A stretch of 55,396 nucleotides of DNA, counting the filler, from an uncultured virus (IMG/VR IMGVR_UViG_2049941000_000908) (Duplodnaviria > Heunggongvirae > Uroviricota > Caudoviricetes). It is 20 parts of one record of this genome, joined end to end, with 100 filler letters (N's around TTAATTAATTAA, not from the genome) between each part and the next. Parts side by side here need not be neighbours in the genome. Positions count along the whole stretch, not along the records: positions 15,090 to 20,427 come from IMGVR_UViG_2049941000_000908; positions 20,528 to 21,292 come from IMGVR_UViG_2049941000_000908; positions 21,393 to 23,165 come from IMGVR_UViG_2049941000_000908; positions 23,266 to 25,227 come from IMGVR_UViG_2049941000_000908; positions 25,328 to 29,182 come from IMGVR_UViG_2049941000_000908; positions 29,283 to 32,771 come from IMGVR_UViG_2049941000_000908; 14 more parts are not named here. One strand, given 5' to 3'. Positions 20,246-32,375 of this stretch are shown here, piece after piece. Each line of letters opens with the position of its first letter. Position 1 is the stretch's first letter. Below the pieces are notes generated by a model that saw only the letters and a program-made list of their open reading frames with translations, ran no database searches and had not been told where the DNA came from. The translations under genes and the position numbers were made by a program.

Positions 20246-20341
20246 TGTTGCAACAATAATAGTCGCGGTTGCTTATCCGTTGCGTGATTGTTGCATTTCT
20301 GTTGCGTAATTAATTATATACACTTATTTTTTATTTGTCAA
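20246..20341 (-). promoter_or_regulatory. Consensus promoter plus phased GTTGC repeat array (putative operator)
   Basis: Minus-strand TTGACA (20341-20336), 17 nt, TATAAT (20318-20313). GTTGC occurs at 20247, 20268, 20279, 20290 and 20301. Confidence 0.7.
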
Positions 20342-20381
20342 GTGTTAATCATCATTTTTATCAGAAAGTGAGTGTAATTTT

Positions 20382-20427
20382 ATGAACATCCTGACCAGCA
20401 TCTTCAAGGCGCGTGACAAGCCCAAGA
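20382..20427 (+). CDS. Portal protein, extreme N-terminus
   Basis: MNILTSIFKARDKPK start typical of portal genes of this phage type; position after terL. Confidence 0.6.
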
Positions 20428-20527
20428 NNNNNNNNNNNNNNNNNNNNNNNNNNNNNNNNNNNNNNNNNNNNTTAATTAATTAANNNNNNNNNNNNNNNNN
20501 NNNNNNNNNNNNNNNNNNNNNNNNNNN

Positions 20528-21167
20528 AGCGCACAAGGTCGGCACCCTCATCAAGGTATCCGAGGAACTGCTCAACGATTCCGCGTTCGATCTGGAGGGC
20601 TATTTTGCGTCCGAATTCGCCCGACGCATCGGCAACAAGGAGGAGGACGCCTTCTTCAACGGCGACGGCGCGGGCAAGCCGCTCGGCATTCTCGCCGCGA
20701 CAGGCGGCGCGCAGGTGGGCGTGACAGCCGCGTCCGCGACCGCCGTGACCGCCGATGAGATCATCGACCTTTTCTACAGTCTGGAAGCGCCCTACCGCAA
20801 GAACGCCATCTGGGTGCTGAATGACGCATCCATCGCCGCCATCCGCAAGCTCAAGGACAACAACGGCCAGTACCTCTGGCAGCCGGCGCTCCATGAGGGC
20901 ACCTACGACACGCTGCTCGGCAAGCGCATTTTTACCTCGCCCTTTGTTCCCGAAATGAAGAGCGGCAAAAAGTCGGTGATCTTCGGCGACCTTTCCTTCT
21001 ACTGGATCGGCGACCGCCAGGGCATCACCTTCAAGCGTCTGAACGAGCGTTACGCCGACACCGGTCAAATCGGCTTCATCGCCACCAAGCGTCTGGACGG
21101 CAAACTGATTCTTCCCGAAGCGGTCAAGGTGCTGCAGCAGAAGGGAACCGCTTCCTCCGGCAGCTGA
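20528..21167 (+). CDS. HK97-fold major capsid protein, C-terminal part
   Basis: AHKVGTLIKVSEELLNDSAFDLE, AFFNGDGAGKPLGI, IRKLKDNNGQYLWQP, IFGDLSFYWIGDR. Confidence 0.93.
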
Positions 21168-21173
21168 TGAGCC

Positions 21174-21292
21174 ATGGCTATGATTTCACTTCATGAAGCC
21201 AAGACCTATCTCCGCGTGGATTCCGACGACGAAGACGAGCTGATCCGCCGGCTTTCCGATTCGGCGCAGAAGCTGTGCATGAGCGTCGCGCG
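21174..21292 (+). CDS. Head-tail connector (gp6-like), N-terminus
   Basis: MAMISLHEAKTYLRVDSDDEDELI. Confidence 0.8.
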
Positions 21293-21392
21293 NNNNNNNN
21301 NNNNNNNNNNNNNNNNNNNNNNNNNNNNNNNNNNNNTTAATTAATTAANNNNNNNNNNNNNNNNNNNNNNNNNNNNNNNNNNNNNNNNNNNN

Positions 21393-23165
21393 TGGTTTTT
21401 CCGCCGAGGACACGGCGCAGGCTATCGGGCTCATGGCGAACAGCGGCATCAAAGGCTCTCAGGCGGGTACTTCGCTGCGAACCGTCATGAACAATCTTTC
21501 CAGTGACATCAAGCTCACCGGCAAGGCGCTGGGGGAAGTCACCATTCACACCACCAACGCCGACGGCTCCATGCGAGGGCTGTCGGATATTCTCGCCGAC
21601 TGCCGCGCGGCGTTCTCCAAACTTTCCGAATCCGAAAAAGCGCACGCCGCCGAAGCGCTGGTCGGAAAGAACGCCATGTCCGGCTTCCTCGCCCTGATGA
21701 ACGCGGCTCCGGCCGACATCGACAAGCTGTCAAACGCCATCGGCAACTGCGACGGCACCTCCGAACGTATGGCGGCGACCATGCAGGACAATCTCTCCGG
21801 TCAGCTGACCATCCTCAAATCACAGCTGCAGGAGCTTGCGATTTCNNNNNNNNNNNNNNNNNNNNNNNNNNNNNNNNNNNNNNNNNNNNNNNNNNNNNNN
21901 NNNNNNNNNNNNNNNNNNNNNNNNNNNNNNNNNNNNNNNNNNNNNNNNNNNNNNNNNNNNNNNNNNNNNNNNNNNNNNNNNNNNNNNNNNNNNNNNNNNN
22001 NNNNNNNNNNNNNNNNNNNNNNNNNNNGCTCATCATCATCGGCACCACTATCAGCAAGGTCGGCGCTGCCATGCAGGGCTTCTCTACGCTGGCGAAGGGC
22101 ATCGGTAATCTGAAACTTGCCATGACCTCCGGCACGGGGATTCTCGGCAAACTCGGCGCGGCGATCGGCGGTCTTTCCGCTCCCATCATCGCCGTGGTCG
22201 CTGTTATCGCCGTTCTGGTGGCGGCTTTCATTCATCTCTGGAACAACAACGAGGAATTCCGCAACAAGGTCATCGCGATCTGGGAGCAGGTCAAGGCGGC
22301 TTTCGTCAAATTCGGTGACGCGATCAAGACAAGGCTTGCCGCGCTGGGCATCTCCTTCAAGGATATCGTGGACTTCATCAAAACGATATGGGACGGCTTC
22401 TGCAATCTTCTCGCGCCGGTGTTTGAGGGGGCGTTCGCCGCCATCGCCGCCGTTCTGGAGGGCGTGCTGGATATTCTGGTAGGGCTTTTCGATGTGTTCG
22501 CTGGTCTGTTCACCGGCAACTGGGGGCAGGTCTGGAACGGTCTCAAGGAAATCTTCAAAGGCACATGGGACGCCATTCTCGGCATCCTGAAAGCCGCCGT
22601 CGATATGCTGGTCGGCATTGTGGNNNNNNNNNNACTGAAAGCCGCCGTCGATATGCTGGTGGGAATTGTGGATGTCTTTCTCGGCTGGTTCGGCACCGAC
22701 TGGAAGACCGTATGGAGCGGCATCAAATCCTTTTTCACTGGCATCTGGGACGGCATTGTCGGCTTTTTCTCCGGCGTNNNNNNNNNNACGGTATCAAGTC
22801 CTTTTTCACTGGCATCTGGGACGGCATTGTCGGCTTTTTCTCCGGCGTATGGAACGGAATTAAAAACACCGTTTCCACTGCGGTCAACGCTGTCAAGACC
22901 GTGATCACAACCGTTTTCACGGCGATTTCTACTTTCTTTTCGAATGTATGGAATGGCATGAAAACGACAGTTTCCACCGTCTGGAACGGAATCAAGACCA
23001 CTATCACCACCGTTGTCGACGCTGTGAAAACAGTCATCACGACGGTCTGGACTTCCATCAAAACGACTNNNNNNNNNNTACCACCGTTGTCAACGCTGTG
23101 AAAACAGTCATCACGACGGTCTGGACGTCCATCAAAACGACTGTCAGCACCGTGTTGGGCGGCAT
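21393..23165 (+). CDS. Tail tape measure protein fragments
   Basis: MANSGIKGSQAGTSLR (TP901-type core), MQDNLSGQLTILKSQLQELAI, then periodic W/F amphipathic repeats. Confidence 0.9.
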
Positions 23166-23265
23166 NNNNNNNNNNNNNNNNNNNNNNNNNNNNNNNNNNN
23201 NNNNNNNNNTTAATTAATTAANNNNNNNNNNNNNNNNNNNNNNNNNNNNNNNNNNNNNNNNNNNN

Positions 23266-24510
23266 CACCGGCGCGTACACCACTGTCATGGAGCTTGACG
23301 GCAGCATCGCCGCCGAATTTATCACCGGCGCAATGGACGCTGCCGTCATTAAAAAGGGTGTTCTCACTGACCGTCAGGGCAATGTGTCATGGAACATGGT
23401 CAACGGGATTTTTAACGCAGGAAACGCTGAGATTTCCTCTCTGACAGGCGATCAACTGGCGGTGAGTGAGATTACAGCCGATACGGTAGAAGCGTCCGAA
23501 ATCAGCGCGGATTCCGTTCGTTCGGGCGATGGACTGACGGGGGAATTTCATCTTCCCGGCTGTACGCTGACGGTCAGCGGAGGGATTATTACGGGTCTGG
23601 CGAACGATGAGCCTACCGAGCCGGATGAGCCTACCGAGCCGGATGAACCAACCGAGCCTGAACATGAAAATAATTCAGAAAATGAGGAGGGAGAAACGCC
23701 ATGATCACCACACAGACAGAGCTTGACNNNNNNNNNNGGATGAGCCTACCGAGCCAGATGAGCCTACCGAGCCAACAGAGCCGGATGAACCAACAGAGCC
23801 GGAACATGAAAACAATTCTGAAAATGAGGAGGGAGAAGAAACGCCNNNNNNNNNNGTATGAAAAAATGACGGTTGGCGAGGTGAAAACCTCGCTTGACGA
23901 TTCCATCCGCACGATTTCGGAGGAAGTCAAAAAGGAAGTGCCGACCGCGACTTCCATCAACCAGGCGATCAGCCTTGCGGCGAATATCCTGACCGGCAGC
24001 CGTGGCGGCAATGTTCTCATCAATACAAATTCCAACGGTCAGCCGGTGGAAATTCTCGTGATGGATACCGACGACATCACCACCGCGTCCCATATTCTGC
24101 GAATCAACCGGGATGGCATGGCGGTCACTTACGAGGGCTANNNNNNNNNNCACAAATTCCAACGGTCAGCCGGTGGAAATTCTCGTGATGGATACCGACG
24201 ANNNNNNNNNNTACCGGCGCGTACACAACCGTCATGGAGCTTGACGGCAGCATCGCCGCCGAATTTATCACCGGCGCGCTGGACGCTGCCATCATTAAAA
24301 AGGGTGTTCTCGCTGACCGTCAGGGCAATGTGTCATGGAACATGGTCAACGGGATTTTTAACNNNNNNNNNNGAGGATGAGCCTACCGAACCGGATGAGA
24401 CTACCGAACCGAATGAGCCTACCGAGCCGGATGAGCCTACCGAGCCGGATGCACCTACTGAGCCGGAACATGAAAACAATTCTGAAAATGAGGAGGGAGA
24501 AACGCCATGA
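23266..24510 (+). CDS. Tail spike/minor structural protein, C-terminal fragments from at least three alleles
   Basis: ILTGSRGGNVLI...ILVMDTDDITTA..ILRINRDG, TVMELDGSIAAEFITG; acidic DEPTEP tail; stop overlaps the ATG of the next gene. Confidence 0.7.
23606..24465 (+). repeat. 18-bp coding VNTR (GATGAGCCTACCGAGCCG = DEPTEP) in three allelic copies
   Basis: 3 units at 23606-23659, at least 3.5 units at about 23739-23801, at least 5 units at 24376-24465. Confidence 0.85.
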
Positions 24511-25227
24511 TCACCACACAGACAGAGCTTGACGTGTCGCCGGGCGGGATTCCGCCGACAATCCACGTCAGCCAGTACGATACTGGCAGCCGGACGCTGC
24601 TGCTTAATCTCATCTCCGGCGCTGGCGACCTGATTCTTCCGACGGGAACAAGGGCGGAGATTCGGGGCACCAAGCCGGACGGCAACGGATTCTCTTATGA
24701 CTGCGCTCTCAACGGCAAGACGGCGGAAGTGTCAGTCACGGAGCAGATGACGGCGGCGGCCGGAAGGGCGGTCTGCGAGATCGTGCTTTACACAGGCACG
24801 CCGCCGCAGGAAGGCACCGAGCCGTCCGAGGATTACACGCAGCTCTGCACCGCCAATTTCTATCTGATGGTGGAAAGAGCCGCGCTCGACAAAGACACGC
24901 TTCGCTCCGGTTCGGAGATCAAACAGCTTGTCACGGTTCTTGACCGCACGGACGAACTTCTCGCGGCGGCGCAGACGATGGACGACGCCAAAGAATCCAT
25001 CCGCGAGATGACCGAAAGCACGCGCTCCGATATGGCGCGGCTTGCGGAATCCACCGTGCGGACGGCGCAGGAGCTTGCCGACCAGTCGGCGGCTTCGGCA
25101 AATGCTGCGGCGCAATCCGCCGCGAGAGCTTCACAGATTCTGGAAACGGTCGAGGCAAAGGGCGAACAGCTTTCCCGGCTGTCGATCACCTCCGACACCA
25201 TCGCACGGCAGGCGCTGGAACGCGCGG
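24507..25227 (+). CDS. BppU-family baseplate upper protein, N-terminal part
   Basis: IHVSQYDTGSRTL...AEIRGTKPDGNGFSY...VTEQMTAAAGRAVCEI, followed by coiled coil. Confidence 0.78.
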
Positions 25228-25327
25228 NNNNNNNNNNNNNNNNNNNNNNNNNNNNNNNNNNNNNNNNNNNNTTAATTAATTAANNNNNNNNNNNNNNNNN
25301 NNNNNNNNNNNNNNNNNNNNNNNNNNN

Positions 25328-25806
25328 CATTCACATTGACAGCATTACCGGCGCGACGCTGAAAGAGTTTAAGGACAGCTACCCCGATGTGAAGATCATC
25401 TATCAGCACATCACGAGCAAGTGCTACTACTACAATTACGACGGCACGGTGCTGCTCTACACGGCGACAGCCTCGGAAAACGGTAATGTCAATTTTTCCG
25501 GCAGCACGCCCACGAAACCGTCCACCGCCGCCGAGAATTTCGCCTTCAAGGGCTGGGCGCGGGAGATCGACGGAGAATGCGATCCCACGGCGCAGAGCAA
25601 GGTAGTGGAGGACCGTTATCTCTACGCGGTGTTCACCGCTTCGGTGAGAACCTACACCGTCAAATTCTGTGTCGGCAGCACCGTTTTGCAGACCAAGACA
25701 AACGTGCCTTACGGCGGCAGCGTCTACTATGACGGCGAAGTACCGCGGAACACAGTCGCAGACGACCCGGACGATTATGAATTTTCCGGCTGGGACAGAC
25801 TCGCCG
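25328..25806 (+). CDS. Large tail protein fragment with InlB B-repeat-like units (second copy 32386-32771)
   Basis: YYNYDGTVLLY...PTKPSTAAENFAFKGW...LYAVFTASVRTYTVKF...YEFSGWD. Confidence 0.6.
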
Positions 25807-25816
25807 NNNNNNNNNN

Positions 25817-26568
25817 GTGCAGAACGCTCGGTTCCAACAGTCTGCGGGGCAATCCCGTGCTGGAGGAAGTGGACGCGCCGCTGGTCACCTCGTCGGGGGA
25901 ATTTTTCTTGGAAGGAAGCCGCGTCCTTACGTCCGTGTCCTTTCCGAACATGACGACGACCGGCTCCGGGGCATTCTACTGCTGCTATGCGCTGGCGGAG
26001 GTCAATCTGCCGAAGCTGAAATCCGTGCCGTCCTATATGTTCATCTCCTGCACGTCGCTCGAACAGCTCGACCTGCCGTCCGTCACATCGATCTCCAACG
26101 AAGCGTTCAAAAACTGCTCCTCTTTGATGACGGTCAACATCGGTCCGGGCATCAAAACCATCTCCGCCACCGCCTTTGAAAACACGCCGGACGGCATGGT
26201 CATCAATCTCCCGGTGGCNNNNNNNNNNGTTCTACTGCTGCTACGCGCTGGCGGAGGTCAATCTGCCGAAGCTGAAATCCGTGCCGTCCTATACGTTCAT
26301 CTCCTGCACGTCGCTCGAACAGCTCGACCTGCCATCCGTCACATCGATCTCCAACGAAGCGTTCAAAAACTGTTCTTCGCTGATGACGGTCAACATCGGA
26401 CCGGGCATCAAAACCATCTCGGCGACCGCCTTTGAAAACACGCCGGACGGCATGGTCATCAATCTCCCGGTGGCAGAGGGCGTTATCGCCAATGCGCCTT
26501 GGGGAGCGACGAATGCGGTTATTCATTACAACACACCCTATTCCGGCAATGTTCCTATTCCGGATTAA
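25817..26568 (+). CDS. BspA-type leucine-rich-repeat tail-region protein, C-terminal part (N-terminus at 29809-30272)
   Basis: AFYCCYALAEVNLPKLKSV, FISCTSLEQLDLPSVTSISNEAFKNCSSL repeats; ends APWGATNAVIHY...PIPD*. Confidence 0.8.
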
Positions 26569-26898
26569 GGTGTATTTACACCTATTTTAGAAATGAGGAT
26601 TTGAAAAAAATGAAGGAATTCTGGAACATCATTCAGGTCATTATCGCGGNNNNNNNNNNGGTGGGATACGCGGATTTCTCCAAAGCGGCAAAGCTGCAGC
26701 GGCTGAAATTGGGTGATTCATCGGCGGAGTATGCCAACGGCAATCTCACCGAGCTGTATCTCGGCAACAATGAATTGCTNNNNNNNNNNATGGGGAGCGA
26801 CGAACGCGGTCATTCATTACAACACACCCTATTCCGGGAATGTCCCTATTCCGGAATAAAGTGGCTTTACACCTTTTTAGAAATGAGGGTTTGAAACA

Positions 26899-27242
26899 AT
26901 GAAGGAATTCTGGAACATCATTCAGGTCATTATCGCGGGAATCGGGGGCTGGCTGGGCTGGTTCCTCGGAGAAAGCGACGGGCTGCTTTACACGCTGATC
27001 GCCTTTGTCGCGGTGGACTACATCACCGGCGTGATGTGCGCNNNNNNNNNNNNNNNNNNNNNNNNNNNNNNNNNNNNNNNNNNNNNNNNNNNNNNNNNNN
27101 NNNNNNNNNNNNNNNNNNNNNNNNNNNNNNNNNNNNNNNNNNNNNNNNNNNNNNNNNNNNNAGGTATCGGACACGTTCTCGACACGCAGGTCATCGGCGC
27201 GGGTTCGGTTCTCCGCACGGCGGTGATCTTCTTCTATCTTTC
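26899..27242 (+). CDS. Phage holin (holin_4 / toxin secretion type); C-terminus at 32872-32968 and 35395-35491
   Basis: MKEFWNIIQVIIAGIGGWLGWFLGESDGLLYTLIAFVAVDYITGVMC...LRTAVIFFYL...ENTAHLGLPVPEKIKEVLSQL. Confidence 0.9.
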
Positions 27243-27252
27243 NNNNNNNNNN

Positions 27253-29182
27253 TCTCTGGAAGAATATGCGCGCGTCGTTCTTTGACGAGATGAAGGCGAT
27301 GTACCAGCGTCTTCGTTCCACCGGTGCGCTGTCCTATGAAAAGGTCGAGAAAATGTTCGAGGAACATCAGGGCAAATGGCCGGAGGCAATTTTCAACGAG
27401 GACGCATGGTTCAAGTACCTTGCGCCTTTGGTGGAGAAGGGCAACGCCTCCTATCTCTCCATGCTGCAAGGGTCAAAAGCGGAGCAGCGCAAGTGGTGGC
27501 TTTACAACCGTTTCCGCTACATCGATTCCAAATACAACGCAGGCGACAGCCTGTCGGATGTCATCACTCTGCGCGGCTACGCAAAGGACAACATCACCAT
27601 TCAGCCATATGCAGATGTCTATGTATCTGTCAAGTACGGCTCGTATCTGGTGCAGGAACGCTCGGCGAGAAATACACGCACCACGCTGACCTGTCCGCTT
27701 GACAGCGTGAACGACACGGAAATCTACATCTATTCCGCGTCCCAGCTCGCCGATGTTGGCGACCTTTCGGGGCTGAAGGTGGGCTATGCGGATTTTTCCA
27801 AGGCGGCAAAGCTGCAACGGCTGAAATTGGGTGATTCATCGGGGAATTATGCCAACGGCAATCTCACCGAGCTGTATCTCGGCAACAATGAATTGCTACG
27901 CACAATAGATATCCGAAACTGTCCGGCGCTGACACAGGCGGTCGATCTATCAGGCTGCGGCAATCTCGAACACATCTATTTTGACGGAACCTCCGTCACA
28001 GGTCTGGAACTGCCGGAGGGCGGCGTCATCAAAACGCTGCATCTTCCCGCATCGGTCACCAGCCTGTCGGTTATCGGACATCCGGGCATCACAGACTTTT
28101 CGCTTGCCGGAACATCCAATCTGACGACATTGCGGCTGGAAAACACCGGCGGCATTGATTCTCTGGAACTGGTCAATTCCATTCCGTCCGGCTGCCGCGT
28201 GANNNNNNNNNNGGAGAACGAATCCTCCGAGACATCCAGCGCCGTGGCGAATATGCGCCGGGAGCTGTCGCAGCTGAGCCTTCTGACGCAGGGCAAAATC
28301 GATGACGCATACGTGGAGGACGGATTTCTCTACATGACCTCCGACGGCGATGTGGTGGTGGGACCTCTCGGTCCNNNNNNNNNNGGCTGAGTCTGCTGAC
28401 GCAGGGCAAAATCGATGACGCATACGTGGAGGACGGTTTTCTCTACATGACCTCCGACGGCGATGTGGTGGTGGGACCTCTCGGTCCCTTCTCCGGAGGC
28501 GGAGGAAGCGGTGGAGGCGGCGGTTCTTCGGGCAACAACGCCAAGCTGACGCTTGCCAACAAATCCGGCTTTCTCTCCCGCACGATTGCGGACGGAGATT
28601 CCCTTCCGGTCACCATCAACTGGACGTCGCTGGAGGACGATATTCCCACCGGCAACGGCGCCATGAAGATCACGGTCGGCGGCGCGGTCAAGGCCGTCAC
28701 CGACATAGCGCAGGGCGATGTNNNNNNNNNNNNNNNNNNNNNNNNNNNNNNNNNNNNNNNNNNNNNNNNNNNNNNNNNNNNNNNNNNNNNNNNNNNNTTC
28801 CTTTGACGACGCCGTTGCCTACACCGGTCCGGTCAGTTTTCCCTACGTCCCGACCGGCAATATCAGCAAGACGGTGCATTTCCTTCTGGACGGCGGCGAG
28901 ATCGGCACGGCGGTCACTTCTGTTTCGGGGCGGCAGCAGTCCTTCACTATTCCGCAGCAGCGCCACGGTGCGCACACCTTCTCCTGCTGGTTTGAAGCNN
29001 NNNNNNNNTTTGTCGGTCGGCTCCTCCTCCGTCAAGGTCAATGTGTCGGACGTTTACGGCAACAGCCGCACGCTGAATTTTTCCATCACCGTGGTGCTGC
29101 TCACGCTCACTTCCTCCTTTGACGATACCGTCGCCTACACCGGTCCGGTCAGTTTTCCCTACGTCCCGACCGGCAATATCAG
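27253..29182 (+). CDS. Large phage tail protein fragments (LRR-containing central region plus Gly-rich N-terminal region)
   Basis: QGSKAEQRKWWLYNRFRYIDSKY, LTELYLGNNELLRTIDIRNCPAL..VDLSGCGNLEHI, VVGPLGPFSGGGGSGGG; multiple allelic copies. Confidence 0.7.
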
Positions 29183-29282
29183 NNNNNNNNNNNNNNNNNN
29201 NNNNNNNNNNNNNNNNNNNNNNNNNNTTAATTAATTAANNNNNNNNNNNNNNNNNNNNNNNNNNNNNNNNNNNNNNNNNNNN

Positions 29283-29789
29283 TCCAATGTCAGAACCGCC
29301 GCCGATTACGCTTTTCACAATGTGCGTTCGATGAAAACCATCGAGATCGGCAACCTCGAAACGCTGGGACAACGCGCCTTTTACGGCTGTTCCGCGCTCA
29401 CCTCCATCCGCATACCGAAGGTCAGCGTCATCTCCGATTATTCGTTCAGCGGATGCAGCGTGCTTGCGTCCGCCGATATTTCCGGCGCGACGGCGATCAA
29501 GACAAACGCCTTCTACTACTGCAAGATGCTCTCCGAAATAACCGTTCCGGCGGCGGTGACGGAAATCGGCTCCTACGCCTTCCAGCATTGCGACAGCCTG
29601 AAAACGGTTTACTTCATGGGCAAGCCGGCGATTTACAGCAACGCTTTTTACCAGTGCACCGGCATCGAGGATATTTATGTTTCATGGAATTACAATGAAG
29701 TCAGCGGTGCGCCGTGGGGCGCGGAAAACGCGACCATTCATTATCTGGGCGAGGGCTGGAAGGACACCCTCCTTCCGTCCGGCGACTAA
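29283..29789 (+). CDS. BspA-type LRR protein, C-terminal part
   Basis: AFYGCSALTSIRIP, AFYYCKMLSEITVPAAVTEIGSYAFQHCDSLKTV; ends GAPWGAENATIHY. Confidence 0.82.
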   Translation, partial: SNVRTAADYAFHNVRSMKTIEIGNLETLGQRAFYGCSALTSIRIPKVSVISDYSFSGCSVLASADISGATAIKTNAFYYCKMLSEITVPAAVTEIGSYAFQHCDSLKTVYFMGKPAIYSNAFYQCTGIEDIYVSWNYNEVSGAPWGAENATIHYLGEGWKDTLLPSGD

Positions 29790-29808
29790 CAGGGAGGTCT
29801 GATATTTT

Positions 29809-30272
29809 ATGGCTGTTGTGGAAAAAACAATCGACATCATCGGGGACGAGGCGTTCTGCGATATTCTCATCAGCAGAACCATTCCGGAGGGAATGCCGGT
29901 GGATTTTTACGATGAAGCGGTCAAGAAGCTGCGCGTCCGCGCCATCACCTGCATTGACCGGCTGGAGTCGGTGCGCTTTCCGAACGNNNNNNNNNNAAAA
30001 TTACGGGTTCGCGCCATTACCGGCATTGACCGGCTGGAGTCGGTGCGCTTTCCGAACGTGACGGATGTAAGAACCTACGGCATATCGGAAAATCCCGCGC
30101 TGAAAAGAATATCCCTGCCGGCGTGCAGAACGCTCGGCTCCAACAGTCTGCGGGGCAATCCCGTGCTGGAGGAAGTGGACGCACCGCTTGTCACCTCGTC
30201 AGGGGAATTTTTCTTGGAAGGGAGCCGCGTCCTTACGTCCGTGTCCTTTCCGAACATGACGACGACCGGCTC
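29809..30272 (+). CDS. BspA-type LRR protein, N-terminal part
   Basis: GGAGG RBS; MAVVEKTIDIIGDEAFCDIL...; overlaps in sequence with 25817-25970. Confidence 0.75.
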
Positions 30273-30282
30273 NNNNNNNNNN

Positions 30283-31993
30283 ATACCTTGCGCCGCTCGT
30301 TGAGAAGGGCAACGCCTCCTATCTTTCCATGCTGCAAGGGTCAAAGGCGGAACAGCGCAAGTGGTGGCTCTACAACCGTTTCCGCTACATCGACTCCAAA
30401 TANNNNNNNNNNCGAGCAGCGCAAGTGGTGGCTATACAACCGTTTCCGCTACATCGACTCCAAATACAACGCCGGCGACAGCCTGTCGGACGTCATCACC
30501 CTGCGCGGCTACGCAAAGGACAACATCACCGTTCAGCCCTACGCCGACGTGTATGTGTCGGTCAAGTACGGCTCGTATCTGGTGCAGGAACGCTCTGCGA
30601 GAAACACACGCACCACGCTGACCTGTCCGCTCGACAGCGTGAACGACACGGAAATCTACATCTATTCCGCGTCCCAGCTCGCNNNNNNNNNNTGCCAAGG
30701 ACGACGTCACCATTCAGCCATATGCAGATGTCTATGTATCTGTCAAGTACGGTTCCTATCTGGTGCAGGAACGCTCTGCGAGAAACGCACGCACCACGCT
30801 GACCTGTCCGCTTGACAGCGTGAACGACACTGAAATCTACATTTATTCCGCGTCCCAGCTCGCCGATGTGGGCGACCTTTCGGGGCTGAAAGTGGGCTAC
30901 GCGGATTTTTCCAAGGCGGCAAAGCTGCAGCGGCTGAAATTGGGTGATGGGTCATCGGATTATGCCAACGGCAATCTCACCGAGCTGTATCTCGGCAACA
31001 ATGAACTGCTACGCACAATCGATATCCGCAACTGCCCGGTGCTGACGCAGGCGGTCGATCTCTCCGGCTGCGGCAATCTCGAACACATCTGGTTTGACGG
31101 CACCTCCGTCACGGGTCTGGAGCTGCCGGAGGGCGGCGTGATCAAAACGCTGCATCTTCCTGAAACGGTGACAAGCCTGTCGGTTATCGGACATCCGGGC
31201 ATTACCGATTTTTCGCTTGCCGGAACATCCAATCTGACAACCTTGCGCTTGGAAAACACCGGCGGCATTGATTCTCTTGAACTGGTCAATTCCATTCCGT
31301 CCGGCTGCCGCGTCAGGTTGGTCGGCTTTGACTGGACGCTGTCAAGCGACGGGGAACTGTCCGCGCTGAAAGCCACCCTTGACGGTATGCGCGGTCTGAG
31401 TGAAAGCGGAGGGAACGAGGATTCCGCNNNNNNNNNNCATTACGGATTTTTCGCTTGCCGGAACATCCAATCTCACCACCTTGCGCTTGGAAAACACCGG
31501 CGGCATTGATTCTCTGGATCTGGTCAATTCCATTCCGTCCGGCTGCCGCGTGAGGTTGATCGGCTTTGAATGGACGGTGGAGAATGACGCGACGCTGTCC
31601 GCATTAAAATCAACGCTTGACGGTATGCGCGGTCTGAGTGAAAGCGGAGGGAACGAGGATTCCGCCCGGCTTGACGGCACCATCCACATTGACAGCATTA
31701 CCGGCGCGACGCTGAAAGAATTTAAAGACAGTTATCCCGANNNNNNNNNNGGCAGGCATTTCCATCGGGAGCAGCGACTGCACCGTGGATATTTACGCCA
31801 TCCGGGTCTACGACAACGACCTCACGAGGGGACAGATTCTCGACAACATGATCGCCGACACGCAGAATATCGACACGCTGCTCTCCCGCTACCAGCGCAA
31901 CCGGGTCTACAATGCATACGGCAGTATCGTCAAGGAGCAGCTCCCGGGCGACCTGCCGTATCTCATTCTGGAATGTGACGAGCTGCCGCAGTA
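30283..31993 (+). CDS. Further allelic fragments of the large tail protein
   Basis: Near-identical to 27420-28201, plus DIYAIRVYDNDLT (LamG-like end) and GMRGLSESGGNE segments. Confidence 0.7.
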
Positions 31994-32019
31994 NNNNNNN
32001 NNNTGGAGGATGAATAAAA

Positions 32020-32375
32020 ATGGCAGTCATCAAGGTTATCTACGGTGGCAGGACGCTCATCGACCTGACGGGCGACACGGTCACCGCCGACAAGCTGCTC
32101 ACCGGCTTCACCGCCCACGATAAGAGCGGTGCGATCATCGAGGGCGGCTGCACATTCGACAGCGACACAGGGGACGACACCGCCGCCGTCGCGGAGATTC
32201 TCAGCGGAAGGACGGCGCACGCCAGAGGAACGCAGCTCACCGGCACCATGCCGAATCGCGGTGCTGTGACAGGCGTGATCTCGACAGCGGAAGGAAGATA
32301 CACCGTGCCGCAGGGCTATCACGATGGCAGCGGCAGCGTCGGCATTGACGCAACCGAGCAGAGCAAGATCGTCGC
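32020..32375 (+). CDS. Phage structural hypothetical protein (second start at 33591)
   Basis: MAVIKVIYGGRTLIDLTGDTVTADKLLTGFTAHDKSGAII...YTVPQGYHDGSGSV. Confidence 0.7.

Noticed and set aside
25817..30272. Diversity-generating retroelement acting on the LRR tail genes
   Set aside because: The repeated copies differ mainly by synonymous changes at all bases rather than adenine-specific ones, they flank assembly gaps, and no reverse transcriptase is visible.
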